Below the pieces are notes generated by a model that saw nothing but the letters and a program-made list of their open reading frames with translations, did not search any database and was not told the origin of the DNA. A stretch of 64,000 nucleotides of DNA from Octopus sinensis (Eukaryota), in NCBI RefSeq assembly GCF_006345805.1, contig NC_042997.1, positions 204,786,001-204,850,000 on the forward strand. Reading direction: 5' to 3'. A program made the translations under genes and the position numbers. Below, one piece after another: positions 11,201 through 24,139 of this stretch. Numbering within the stretch: position 1 is the first letter of the stretch; every line of letters begins with the position of its first letter.

Positions 11201-12660
11201 CTCTATAAGATGTACCCAGTGTAAGCTATGGACACATAAGAGGTGCAGCAATGTCAAAGGTAGGCTAACTGGGAAGATAGTTTTTGTATGTGGCAGATGC
11301 TCGGGAGCATTAACCTCCGAAAATCTGCAGAAAACAACTTCCGTCACTTTCCAGGGTGAAAAACTAGAAGTAGTTGATAGCTTCCGTTATCTAGGTGACC
11401 AAGTCAGTAGTGGGGGTGGGTGCACTGAAAGTGTAACTGCTAGAATAAGAATAGCCTGGGCAAAGTTTAGGGAGCTCTTACCTCTGCTGGTGACTAAAGG
11501 CCTCTCGCTCAGAGTAAAAGGCAGACTGTATGATGCATGTGTACGAACAGCCATGCTACATGGCAGTGAAACATGGGCCGTGACTGCTGAGGACATGCGT
11601 AAGCTCGTGAAGAATGAAGCCAGTATTCTCCGATGGATGTGTAATGTCAGTGTACTTACTCGACAGAGCATTAGTACCTTGAGAGAAATGTTGTACCTAA
11701 GAAGCATCAGTTGTGGTGTGCAAGAGAGATGATTGCGCTGGTATGGTCATGTGGCGAGAATGGATGAAGATAGGTGTGTGAGAAAGTGCCAATCCCTAGC
11801 AGTTGAGGGAGCCCGTGGAAGAGGTAGACCCAGGAAAACCTGGGATGAGGTGGTGAAGCACGACCTTCGAACTTTAGGCCTCACTGAGGAAATGACCAGC
11901 GACCGAGACCTCTGGAAATATGCTGTACATGAGAAGACCAGGAAGGACAAGTGAGCCCAGCCTACTTATGAATGCCTTTCCTCCCTTGGACACAAAGACC
12001 TGTTGAGGCAAGCGAAGTCGATATAGAACCGCATCCGATGACAGGCACCCATACCAACCCCCTTTTGCTTGCGAAGACATGTTGGGGCAAGCGAAAGCGA
12101 AATCGAAATCGAATTGAACCAGCCAGGATCCCTGGTCTGGTGGTACGTAAAAAGCACTATCCGACTCGTGGCCGATGCCAGTGCCGCGTCCACTGGCTTC
12201 CGTGCCGGTGGCACGTAAAATACACCAATCCGACCGTACGACAGGCACCCATGCCAACCCCCCTTTGCTTGCGAAGACATGTTGGGGCAAGCGAAAGCGA
12301 AAGCGAAATCGAATTGAACCAGCCAGGATCCCTGGTCTGGTGGTACGTAAAAATCACTATCCGACTAGTGGCCGATGCCAGCGCCGCCTCGACTGGCTTC
12401 CGTGCCGGTGGCACATAAAATACACCAATCCGACCGTGGCCGTTGCCAGCCTCGCCTGGCACCTGTGCAGGTGGTACATAAAAAGCACCCACTACACTCA
12501 CGGAGTGGTTGGCGTTAGGAAGGGCATCCAGCTGTAGAAACATTGCCAGATAAGACTGGAGCCTGGTGCAGCCTTCTGGCTTCGCAGATCCCCGGTCGAA
12601 CCATCCAACCCATGCTAGCATGGAGAACGGACGTTAAACGATGATGATGATGATGATGAT
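8230..12660 (+). mobile_element. Near-full-length RTE LINE: 5' UTR with internal repeats, ORF, modular 3' UTR, (GAT)n tail
   Basis: The ORF runs without a break into the 3' UTR that is the dominant repeat of the window and ends ...GGACGTTAAACGATGATGAT at about 12660. The 5' boundary is approximate and no TSD could be resolved. Confidence 0.85.
8835..11954 (+). pseudogene. RTE-clade non-LTR retrotransposon ORF (APE endonuclease + reverse transcriptase + PHD-like finger), 1039 codons with one premature stop
   Basis: APE motifs GTLNVGTL, CIQEVRW, SAYAPQ, GDFNGHVG, SQIDYIL. RT motifs GKAPGPSG, YRGIKLL, QFGFVPGKST, FVDMEKAFDRV, GVHQGSVLSPLLF, YADD. C-terminal YLG, GSETW, WYGHV and RGRPRKTW. The ORF 8835-11732 ends at TGA 11730-11732 and the same frame continues to 11954. 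The related copy near 50560 has CGA at this codon. Confidence 0.97.
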
Positions 12661-12679
12661 ATATATATGTATGTATATA

Positions 12680-12735
<56 letters not shown>

Positions 12736-13034
12736 ATATATATATGCATATATCTATATATACATCTATCTATCTATCTATCTATCTACATATATATATA
12801 TATATATCTGTGCATGTTTGTGTGTATATTCATGTGTATTTGTGTGTGCCCTTTTCATGATACCATGTGGGGTTGGTGATAGGAATAGCATCTGACCATA
12901 GAAAATCTGCCTCAGTGAAATCTGTCTGACCAAATCAAGCATGGAAAATTGGAAAAGCAATGATTAGGATGATGAGGATGACAACTAGGATGAGGATGAT
13001 AGTTGTATGTCAGTCTATATCATCAAACAAGTAT

Positions 13035-13672
13035 TTAATCGTTTTGTTACCATATTTCTGTTGAAATTCACTGCTATTACTCTTTACTCTTTTACTCTTT
13101 TACTTGTTTCAGCCATTTGACTGCAGCCATCCTGGAGCACCGCCGTTAGTCAAGGAAATCGACCCCAGGACTCATTCTTTGTAAGCCTAGTACTTATTCT
13201 ATCGGTCTCTTCTGCTTAACCGCTAAGTTACGGGGACATAAACACACCAGCATCAGTTGTCAAGCAATGTTGGGGGGACAAACACAGACACACAAACACA
13301 CAGACATATATATATACATATATATGATGGGTTTCTTTCAGTTTCCGTCTACCAAATCCAATCACAAGGCTTTGGTCGGCCCGAGGCTATAGTAGAAGAC
13401 ACTTGCCCAAGGTGCTATGCAGTGGGACTGAACCTCGAACCATGTGGTTGGTAAGCAAGCTACTTACCACACAGCCACTCCTGTGCCTAATTACTTCAAT
13501 TAATTTTGCAAATAATGAAGAATTTGGTAGAATAACTTAATCAATATTAAGATGATGCTTGGAACATAACATGAAATTTCAATGAAAGGTTTCACTTTAA
13601 ATCACTTCAAAACAGAAATTTAGACTTGCAGAGACAGGTGCAGGTTCGTGCTGATTAGTATTCAAAGGGTTA
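13035..13672. mobile_element. TTAA-ended MITE-like element with a nested family A SINE (13078-13487, minus)
   Basis: Right end AAAGGG|TTAA, left end a decayed TTAATCGTTTTGTTACC resembling the end at 2907. The SINE sits between the two halves. Confidence 0.6.
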
Positions 13673-14048
13673 AAGAACTGAAAATATCTGTGACAATCCT
13701 CATTGCAACCCAATCCTCCTTGCAACCAGGTCATAAATTAGGTCAGAATATTAAATATCCATTAGTAAAGATTAATAAGGAATGATTATGACAATACAAT
13801 TACTTGGTTTGTTGTTACGTATTTCTTTAAATCTCTCGTCCATGTACAATGCCAAGAGTTTATGGCTTGGGCCAGGGCAGGACATTTCTGAGTTGTTTAC
13901 TTTACTTGTCACAGATACCAGGGTACCTGTTTAAAGAAAGGGTAAGAAAACAGGGGCAAATTTTAATTTTAAAGCCAAAATGATGAGTAAATATAAAACA
14001 ATTTCTTTGAATCACACACACATGCATGCACGCACATGTGCACACACA

Positions 14049-14944
14049 CTCTAGAATGTTCCTCTTGCCATTCAGTTACAACTTTAGCTGTGGGAATTGG
14101 TGCATTATCATCATGAAAGATTGTGTTTCCCTCTGAAAACAGTTCTGCAACCATAGGATGAATTTGATCAGATAAAATGCTTAAATAGTCTTGACTATTA
14201 ATTCTGCCATGAAGGGAAACCATTAAGCCAGCAGATTTCCAAGATATAGGACCCCCCCCCCCCAGATCATCACAGATCTTCCTCCATGTTTAATAGTTGG
14301 AAGAAGGCAGTCTGGCTCAAGTACTTCTTTTGGCTGTCTCTACAGGTATACTCGACCGGTGGTCAGAAATAAGGTAAAGGATAAGTTATCTGAGAAAATA
14401 ACATTCTTCCATTGCTCTAGGGACCAACTCTGTAGGTTTTTATCCCACTCTAAACACTTTGCAACGTTTGTTTTTGAAAGTAGTGGTTTTCTGATTGCAT
14501 TCCTCCCATGAAATCTGGCTTTGTGCAGCTCCTGGCGAACAGTTTTTGTGGAAACTGGGTTCTCGATGTGGTCATTAAGATCTACAGTAATTTTGGGAGC
14601 TGTACTTTTGTGATCCTTTCTAACAATTCGTATAAGAATCCGATGGTCCCTATCTGAAAGTTTTGGTTTTCTTCCAGAGTTTTGTTTTGATGAGGAGGTT
14701 TTTGCCTTTCTCAAAGGCTGTCATTACTTTTGAGACAGTACTTCTTGATACACCAAACATTTCGGCTCCAACAATTTTACCTCTGATAGATCTGTTATTA
14801 TAATGAATTTTAATTACTTTTTTCTGATGATATCTGAAAAGAAACAGCAATTTTAGCAAAACATATTAAGCAACACTAATAATAAATCAATCAAAATTAT
14901 GATGCTATGATGATAGGTGTTTCCATTATTTTGTCCAACCCACG
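14049..14944 (-). mobile_element. Tc1-like transposon, 3'-truncated, decayed transposase
   Basis: TA|C..GGTTGGACAAAATAATGGAAACA terminus. SGRKPKLSDRD, RKPLLS, VIFSD and HDDNAPIPTAK motifs spread over three frames. Confidence 0.92.
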
Positions 14945-15109
14945 TATATGCATACACTCATATAGGTAAACACACATATATATATATACTACATAAATTA
15001 TGCATATTCATTCATGTTAGATTTATGTTGATGCTTTTTATGCTGGCATGGGTTAGACAGGCTGATATTATTTAGGTACTGCTTACAGACACATTCACTC
15101 TCACTCATC

Positions 15110-15330
15110 ATCATCATCATCATCATCGTTTAACGTCTGCTTTCCGTGCTAGCACGGTTTGGACGGTTCGACCGGGTCTGGGAAGCCAGGGGCCGCTCCA
15201 GGCTCCAGTCTGAATCTGGCAGAGTTTCTACGGCTGGATGCCCTTCCTAACGCCAACCACTCCGTGAGTGGATTGGGTGCTTTTTACGTGCCACCTGCAC
15301 AGGGGCCGGAGGGTCCGGCATCGGTCACGA
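15110..15330 (-). mobile_element. 5'-truncated RTE 3' end with (ATC)n tail
   Basis: Reverse complement of about 12450-12660. Confidence 0.9.
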
Positions 15331-15437
15331 TCGATGGATACATATGTGTTTTTGTATATTGCATGAGTGTAAATATGTATGTGTGTGTACCTCTGTCTCT
15401 CCCACTCTCTCTCACTATATATGTATATATATATATA

Positions 15438-15647
15438 CAGGGTGTCCCAGAAGTTGTGCACCATCCTGGTTTTTTAAAAGAATACACCCTTATTGATTTC
15501 AAAAACACTTTATTGAAATTAATTGTAACAAATGCTCAAATTGAGCACCTTCTACAATAAAACATGCAGAAAAAAATATAATAAAATAAAATGCTTTAAT
15601 TATTTTAAATGAAAACCAGAATGGTGCATGACTTCTGGGACACCCTG
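15438..15647. mobile_element. Tc1/mariner-type MITE (210 bp)
   Basis: TIRs CAGGGTGTCCCAGAAGT...ACTTCTGGGACACCCTG flanked by TA on both sides. Confidence 0.92.
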
Positions 15648-15652
15648 TAAAC

Positions 15653-15683
<31 letters not shown>

Positions 15684-15910
15684 TGTATGTATGTATGTAT
15701 GTATATATGTATGTATGTATGTATGTTCGTTTGTTCGTTCTCTCAGAGTGGTTGGAGTTAGGAAGGGCATTCAGCTGCAGAAACATTGCCAGATCAAATT
15801 GAAGCCTGGCTCTCCAGACCTCAGTCAAACCGTCCAACCCATGCCAGCATGGAAAACGGACGTTAAACGATGATGATGATGATATATATATATGTATATG
15901 TATATATCTA

Positions 15911-16035
<125 letters not shown>

Positions 16036-16068
16036 GTCTATCTGTCTATCTATCTATCTTTCTCAGTT

Positions 16069-16099
<31 letters not shown>

Positions 16100-17056
16100 G
16101 TATACACACAAACATACACAGATATACACACACATACACACACACACATTTGTATGAACATGCGCACACACACACACACATGCAACAACAGGATTCCACA
16201 CAGTTTCTTTCTACCATGTTAAATCACAGGCATTTTTTCAGCCAGGAGCACTAGTGAAAGACAATTATCCAAGGTGCTACAGCATGGGACACAATCCCAA
16301 ATCGCATGGCTGTTAAGTTAGCTTCTTAACCACTGAACTGTCCCTGATGACACCATATGAAAAGTAGAATACACACTGAGTATATATTTATTTCTTTACT
16401 GCCCACAGGGGGCTAAACATAGAAAGGACAAACAAAGACAGACAAAGGGATTAAGTTAATTACATCGACCCCAGTGCATAACTGATACTTATTTAATCGA
16501 CCCCGAAAGGATGAAAGGCAAAGTCAACCTTGGTGGAATTTGAACTCAGAACGTAATGGCAGTCGAAATACTGCTAAGCATTTCACCTGGCATGCTAACG
16601 ATTCTGCCAGCTTGCCACCCTGAATATATAGTTCCATCAGGTGTATGCAAAATTAAATATGCAAACCAATACACTCAGGTGTGTCTATACAGTAATAATG
16701 AAAGTTACTTTTTAATTAATTTGGAGCATGCAACTTTTACTAAAACAAAGCAATAGTTAAAGTCTCCACTGTGAAGAAAATTCTTTAAAATTGTAATTTT
16801 AGTATATAATTTTTTTTACCAAACTGTGGTTTTGAAGATTTCAACTACAGAAGACTTATTTAAATTCACAAGATAATATCTTTTAGCACTGCAAAATAGC
16901 ATTCCCTCTTTATATTTTCCCTCTCTCTTACTCTTCATGATACTACATTCTACAGACATATCAGTAAAAACACTTTTCACATTATAAGTTCAATCCAGGC
17001 TCCTTTCATATTTGTTGGCTGCTTTTGAAAAAAAAAAGCAGTTTTAATTCTCTTAC

Positions 17057-17241
17057 ATCAGCTGTACCAAATATAAGCTTGTAGATATGATTATGTACAA
17101 CAATTAATATTCTGGAAAAATTTAAATCGAAAATATTCTACAGAAGAAAGATATTTTACTAGAATTTAATGTTTCTTTCTCAGATTCATTCTCTTGATTC
17201 TGTTCTGTATTGAAGAACTGTGTTAGATCACTGGAAGATTC
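17057..17241 (-). other. Candidate host-gene exon region (several acceptors, strong donor)
   Basis: ctttgtcttctttttgcag acceptor before 17241, reading ESSSDLTQFFNTEQNQENESEKETLNSSKISFFCRIFSI*. Alternative acceptor ttcttctgtag gives an 81-nt open exon ending at GAT|gtaaga (17057). Confidence 0.35.
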
Positions 17242-17436
17242 CTGCAAAAAGAAGACAAAGAGATGGATGTCAAAATATCAGATGATGATTTAATAAAGTG
17301 AAGCAGTCTTAAAGTTATCATTTTTGAAAATTGATGCATTCCATCATGATTGAATTTATGTATTGTAAATCTGTTCCTGGGGAGACTGAGAGTCTTGTAC
17401 AGAAAACTTTACTTCTTAATGATACATCGAGTTCAT

Positions 17437-17467
<31 letters not shown>

Positions 17468-17984
17468 AGCAGCATTTTAACATCCACTTGTTTACATAGA
17501 TTAAACAGAATTTATTAAGGTAGTTTTTCTTCAATGAGATGTGCTTCTTGTTGCTAACCCTCATTTGTTTCTCTGCAAGGGGATTTCTTCATGACTGGAC
17601 ACGTTTGCATTGGGAGATTGGAAATGAATGATACCATGCACATGCCACATTTACAATTCTAAGGCAACGGCAAGACAAAAAAGCATAGAGACATACACAT
17701 GTCATACACACACACACACACGTACATACGTAATACATACACGTGTATGTGTGTGTAAATTGGGATTCTTTCAGTTTCCATCCACCAAATCCATTCACAA
17801 GGCTTTGATCATGCTTGATTTACTGTAGAAGACATTTGCTCAAGGCGGGTTTTTTAAAAATGAGTAACATCTGTGAAGTGGTTAACATTAGGAAGGGCAT
17901 CAAGCTGCAAAAACCATTGGCATCCTTCAAACTGTCCAGCCCATACAAATGTGGAAGGTAGACATCAAAAGATGATGATGATGA

Positions 17985-18037
<53 letters not shown>

Positions 18038-18271
18038 AGTGTGTGTGAGCGCTATACAAATACATTTGTTTGTTTGTACTCCACTTGCCTTCGTCTTTTG
18101 TTTATTTTCGTAAACTTTCCCTTATATATATATATATTATATATATATATATATATATGTGTGTTGTGTGTGTGTGTGTGTGTGTGAGTGTGTGTGAGCG
18201 CTATACAAATACATTTGTTTGTTTGTACTCCACGTGCCTTCATCTTTTGTTTATTTTCGTAAACTTTCCCT

Positions 18272-18347
<76 letters not shown>

Positions 18348-18348
18348 A

Positions 18349-19577
18349 CAGACATGACAGAAGTAAATAGACACTCCATAAAACTTAGTTTTGCATTTAT
18401 TCTTACTTGTAAAGGTAAAGGTTTATAATTTTTATTAATTGATATTTTATGTTTCAAGTTCTTTATGTGACTGTTTAATCATGCCATGTACAAAAGAAGC
18501 CTTGGAACTGTCTGAATTTTATTGTGGGTCATTCTGAAGGTAGATATAGTCAGTATAAAACCGCAGAAAATATTGGAATCCCACTTTCTACACTTAATAG
18601 AGGGATTGTGCAATTCATCAGAGAGGGGAAGGAGTCCACATCACCTCACCCAGATCAACCAGGGCCCTCTGACAGGACCTTTCTCTTTGCTAATAGAAAT
18701 ATGGAGGATAAATAATCCTTGTTGCAAGGCCTCTGACATAGCAGAACAAGTTGATGTCAGTCCCAAAGCAGCTGTCAGGTATCTCTACAAACTTGTTTAC
18801 TATGGCAGAACAGCAAGAAGGAAGCCATTTCTTCGACCAGCCAACATCAAGCAGAAAAAAGATTGGGCCAGTGAGATGGTGGAGAGGCCACTAGCATTTT
18901 TGGACACTGTCATATTCTCTGATGAGTCCAGATTTACTGTATTTCCTGACAGTGATTGAGTGTGGGTCTGGAGACTTTGTGATCAAGAATTTGATGTGAA
19001 AAGATTGCAGCCAACAATGAAACACGGCAGCTGTTCTATGATGGTCTGGGGAGCAGTTTGGAGCAATGGTTGGTCAGAGCTGGTGGAATGTGAGGGAAAC
19101 ATAAACTCAGATAAATATGTGTCCATATTGCAGAAAGATTCCTTCCAATCTTCTCCAGTGATGAAATGATTAAGGAAGACTCTTTATTTATAGAAGCTGG
19201 GGCTCCTTGTCACATGACTAAAATGACCCATGATTTGTTGGATGAGAATGGCACTAAAAAGCTTCGATGGCCAAGCTAGTCACCAGATATGAACCCTATT
19301 GAACACCTCTGGGACATAATGGACAGGACACTTCATAAAAAGATCAAGAATGCATCTTCAAAGCCAGATCTTTTGAGATTACTGCATGAAACTTGGCAAG
19401 GAATTCTGCAAGGGATTTTTGTCATCTGATAAGTAATATGCCTAATAGGGTCCTTGCATTGAAAAAGGCAAAGGCATGTCTACATTATAACAATTAATAA
19501 ATAATTTGAATGTATAATTTCAGATTTAAACAAATCTTAATGATTATAAGGGTGTCTATTTACTTCTGTCATGTGTG
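18349..19577 (+). mobile_element. Full-length decayed Tc1-like transposon (about 1.23 kb)
   Basis: TIRs CA(G/C)ACATGACAGAAGTAAATAGACAC. ARRKPFL, VIFSDESRF, MVWGAV, GAPCH and SPDMNPIEHLW motifs with stops and frameshifts. Confidence 0.95.
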
Positions 19578-20453
19578 CATGTGTATTCACATCTCAAGAA
19601 GACCTGTCCTCCTCCGCAGCAGAAGTGTTAAGACCATAGGCCCTGGTGAGGAAGATTGGCCTACAAGATTGCTGTGCCACTGCCACATACGATCACTCAT
19701 GTGGTGCCACATTAAAAGCACCTAACACACTCTGTAAAGTGGTTGGTATTAGGAAGGGTATCCATGCCAAATCAGACTGAAACCTCGGCACTGCTCTCTG
19801 GCTTGCCAGCTCCAGTCAATCCATCCAACTCAGGCCAGCATAGAAAGCAAATGTTAAATGTTGGTGATGATGATGATGATGATGATGATACAATATATAT
19901 ACTCATATACCTTTCTAACATACTACACCTAGTTTCCATCAGCCAAAATTCACCCACAAGGCTTTAATTTTGGGTTCATCTGGGACAATGTGTAGAGAGC
20001 CATGGTATGAATCATCCAAAGTACGATATAAGTGGGCTTGAACCTAGAACCATGTGATTATGAAGCAAACTACTTAACTACTCAGCTATGTCATAGCTGC
20101 ATTGGCATGAGAAGTCATGCAACAGATTCATAACATTAAGGTGGGGACTGTATTGAAATTTCATTTTATCCAAGGACAACCACACACAGAATATCATCAT
20201 CTTCATCATCATCATCATTTAACGTCTGTTTTCTATGCTGGCATGGGTTGGACAGTTTGACAGGAGCTGCTGGTAAGGCCAAAAACTGCATCAGTTTTCA
20301 TTGCCTGCTTTGGTATGGTTTCTACGATTGGATGCTCCTCTAAGGCCGACCACCTTACAGAGTATACTGGGTGCTTTTTTGCATGGGGAGAAAATGAAAT
20401 TAATTCTGCAATCTTCCCCACTTAACAGTCTATAAGAAATGACAGATACTTAC

Positions 20454-20527
20454 AATGGTCTGGGTGTTGATGGAGGTGGTGGTGGTGGCAGCGGCGGTGG
20501 CGGTGGTGCTGGTAGTCATATTTCTCA
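20454..20527 (-). other. Candidate 74-nt exon
   Basis: tttacag acceptor and ATT|gtaagt donor. Two frames are open (RNMTTSTTATAAATTTTSINTQTI or His-rich). The first joins in phase to the 17241 acceptor. Confidence 0.35.
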
Positions 20528-20759
20528 CTGTAAATATTTACTATGGGTCTTGGTACTATTCTTTCATGGCTCTCTAACTAAACATAGATTGTAAATAAGA
20601 TTTAGTAAACATGATATCTAAGATGTTTAAAATATTTGGGTGAAAGCAAACGGGATGTCACTCATTTTTAAAAAGCAATTTTAAAAATCTACTATAGCCC
20701 TGAATCAAGCAAAGCCTTGTAAATGGATATGGTCGATGGAAACTGAAAGAAGCACATCA

Positions 20760-21043
20760 TGCATACATACGTACGTACATACATACATACATACATACGT
20801 ATGTACATACGTACGTACGTACGTATGTACATAAATACATACATACACACATACATACATGCATACATACATACATACATACATACATACGTACGTACAT
20901 ACATACATACATACATACATACATACATACATACATACATACATACATACATACATACATACGTACGTACGTATGTACATACATACATACATACATACAT
21001 ACATACATACATACATACATACATACATACATACATACATACA

Positions 21044-21075
<32 letters not shown>

Positions 21076-21361
21076 CATACATACATACATACATACGTAC
21101 ATACATACGTACATACATACTCATACATTACAAGTGCAATCTGTGAGTGGGACAGTAAAACTATGCAGGACTTTTCTCAAGTTCCAAACATGAATTTGTC
21201 TGTATTAACTACATACCAAAGATGGAGCCTTGCATTTTTGTTGGAAACCAGCTCCCTCCTCAGTGGAAGATTTGTAATAATTAAAATATAGAAGAGACAT
21301 ACATACATACATACATACATACATACATACATACATACATACATACATACATACATACATA
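20760..21361 (+). mobile_element. 3' fragment of the same R4-like LINE family as 6.3-6.5 kb (about 21125-21297), embedded in (TACA)n arrays
   Basis: LQVQSVSGTVKLCRTFLKFQT* plus a 3' UTR closely similar to 6330-6495. (TACA)n on both sides. Confidence 0.9.
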
Positions 21362-21975
21362 CGTGTGTGTGTGTGTGAGTGAGCATGTGTATCTTTATGT
21401 GTCTTTGTTGTAATACCCCATGGTAGTTGTAAATGAGTGTCACTGTCACTCAAGCAGTGTCATTCATTTCCAATATTCTGCATAAACATCTGGCCATGGA
21501 GAAATACACTTGGGAACAGGTGAGGGTTAGTGACTGGAAAGGCATCTGGCTGTAGAATATCTGCCTCAACAAATTAAAGATAAATTTAACACATTAAATA
21601 AACATATAACATCTTCATCAATGCTGCCACTGAACTTAAGACGTTTATATTACTTATGAGGTGTTCTATATTTGTCAGCTAGAGAGTAGTTGGGTCTCAA
21701 GGGGGTGGTACAAACCTAGCAATATGTGTTTTATAGTGAAAACAAAATTTCCATTCAAATGACAATTGTTGGACGAGTTTCTGTTTGAGTCTGACCCTTT
21801 TAACTCAAGGTGGAAACACTACCTATGTCGTAAATAGGCATACAGATATTGTATAAATTTTATAATTGAAAAATTTACTACATTTTATACATACGAGTAT
21901 ATCTGCCTGTGGGTGCAATAAAATCTGCCCGCAGGGGTTTCCCCACCCTTACATTAGATGATGGTGTGTATATAA

Positions 21976-23197
21976 TATTGGGTTCTCATTAAATTCATTT
22001 GAATTTGCTTTTTTTTTTCAGTTTATTTTAATCTTTATTTTCCATCAAAAATTTTAACAAATCAGTCAATAATATATTCTCCTCCATTGTTCATGACTTT
22101 CTGCCTATGTTCCACAAGCTTGTTAATGCTTTGATGATAGAAATCACCAGGTCCTGATGCAAAGAATTCATCGAGTCACTTTTCAATGCCACACCATAGT
22201 TGAATGAAACATCTTGCAAGGTGTTGGAAGGCAATCAAAAATGATGATTATCTGAAGACATAATATCAGGAGAATATGGTGAGTACAATAGAACTTCCTA
22301 TTTGAGATAATAAAAAGCATTTTTGGTCAAATTTGTATTGTGGAGGTGAGTGTTGTCATGTTGATGAAGTGTACCATATTACCAGTTGGGTCATTTCAGC
22401 AAAATTGCCTCATTGCATAAGTGCATTTGCAGAATGTAAAGCAATGCATTGACTGCATGTTCGATTTTATGCATTTTGTAGTGAATTAGCCCTTCCCAAT
22501 CCCACCAAATATAGATCATTGTCTTGAATGGATGCAACTCTGTCTTGGGTCAAGGGATTGCTTGCATGTTGAGATTCAGCCATTCTTTCTTCTGCATCAT
22601 ATTGATTTAAAGATGCCAGTTGATATTGCCAGTGATGATGCTGTAAAGAAATCTCTGCGTCCATGAGTAACTTTATGTCAAATTGCTGGCATTGGCAGCT
22701 GGACTGGTGTTTGTCTCTTATGCTCAAAGTGTGTGACACCCATACACTAAGTTTTTGAACCTTACCTGTCAAGTGAAGATGACGGGCAACAGAATCACGA
22801 GAGCATCCTATCTGCTGAGTCAGTTGAATTGGAGTGAATGAACTGAATCAATTAATCCTCATTAAATTCACCAGGTCAGCCAGAGTATGGAGAGCCTGTG
22901 AGGTCAAATTTCCCCTCCTTGAAGCATGGAAACCATTTTCCCTGCAGTTCTTTCAGTAATAGCACCTTCTTTGTGTACAGAACAAATGTGGATTTGGCAG
23001 CTTTAGAAGCTTGATTAGAAGTGATGAGAAACAAGTGTCAAAAATGCTCGGTTTGACACTCCATCCTCATATGTCTGAAAAAAGGTAAAATTTACTCAAA
23101 TTTCAAAAACTATAAACAAAGTTTGAAGAGGAAGAACAGAGCCTCAAAAACCTCATAAAACACTATGATGAAATTATTTTTTGTGTTAATACAAATA
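21976..23197 (-). mobile_element. Decayed mariner (DD34D-type) transposon
   Basis: ATG at 23064 (MECQ..EHF), PYSPDIMSSD motif near 22270, degenerate TATTGGGTT-like termini. Confidence 0.85.
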
Positions 23198-23745
23198 ATA
23201 TTGGAAAGAAATGAACAAATTTCCAGCATGGCCACAGTCAAATGACTGAAACAAGTAAAAGAGTAAAAGAGTAAATTTGTCTGAGAACCCAATATATATT
23301 AGTTAGATATAGTTGTGTACATGTGCTATACTAAATAGGTAAAGTATGGTTATGTTGTACAATTTCAGGTTGATATACTTTAGGTATATTATATATTAGA
23401 TATAAAGCATATATTTCTTCTCTCCATATATATGTATGCAGTGTGTGAGAAGACCCGGCAGGACAAGTTGGACCATAACCCGTGACCTCTACCTGTATGT
23501 AGCCAGTCCGCTTATGCATACCTTTCCTTCTTGGGACACAAAACTCTACTTGTGAAGACCTGTTGAGGCAAGTGAAATTGAAATCGAAATCGATCAAAAT
23601 CAATGGAAATTGTAGTTGTGATACCAGTGCCGGTGGCACATAAAAGAACCATCCGAATGTGGCCATTGCCGGTGCCACCCTGACTGGCCTCCATGCCGGT
23701 GGCACATAAAAAGCACCAACCGATGATAATGATAATAATATATTA

Positions 23746-24139
23746 CTAGCAGTATTGCCTGGCGTTGCTCGGGTTTGTAAGGGAAATAACTATATAAGCA
23801 TTTTTAGAGATGTAAAGTATAATAGCCATCTCAATATGGCTAACCACAAAGGGGGGTGTTACTGTAGCTTTTTACGTTCTGAGATTTAATAATGCATGTT
23901 TAGAGAGTTACTTCCCTTATATAATAGCAGAAAAATGCATTAAAAATGAGAAAAAATGATGGTAATTTTTTTTTAAATTGTAGACTCATCATAGACACGC
24001 GCTAATACCCAGAAGGGCTCGATATGAATCACGACTATAAGATACCCGCTTTTGGTTAAACTGCACCGCAAAATGTGGGAGTAGTTAGGAATCTAAATCG
24101 TAGGAGACAGACACACAACTTCACTTTTATATATAAAGA
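23746..24139 (-). mobile_element. Non-autonomous Helitron, same family as 3237-3631
   Basis: Minus strand A|TCTTTATATATAAAAGTGAAG ... hairpin ... CTAG|T. Confidence 0.9.

Noticed and set aside
8888-11707. Overlapping antisense and alternate-frame ORFs within the RTE
   Set aside because: They are shadow ORFs of the LINE coding sequence.
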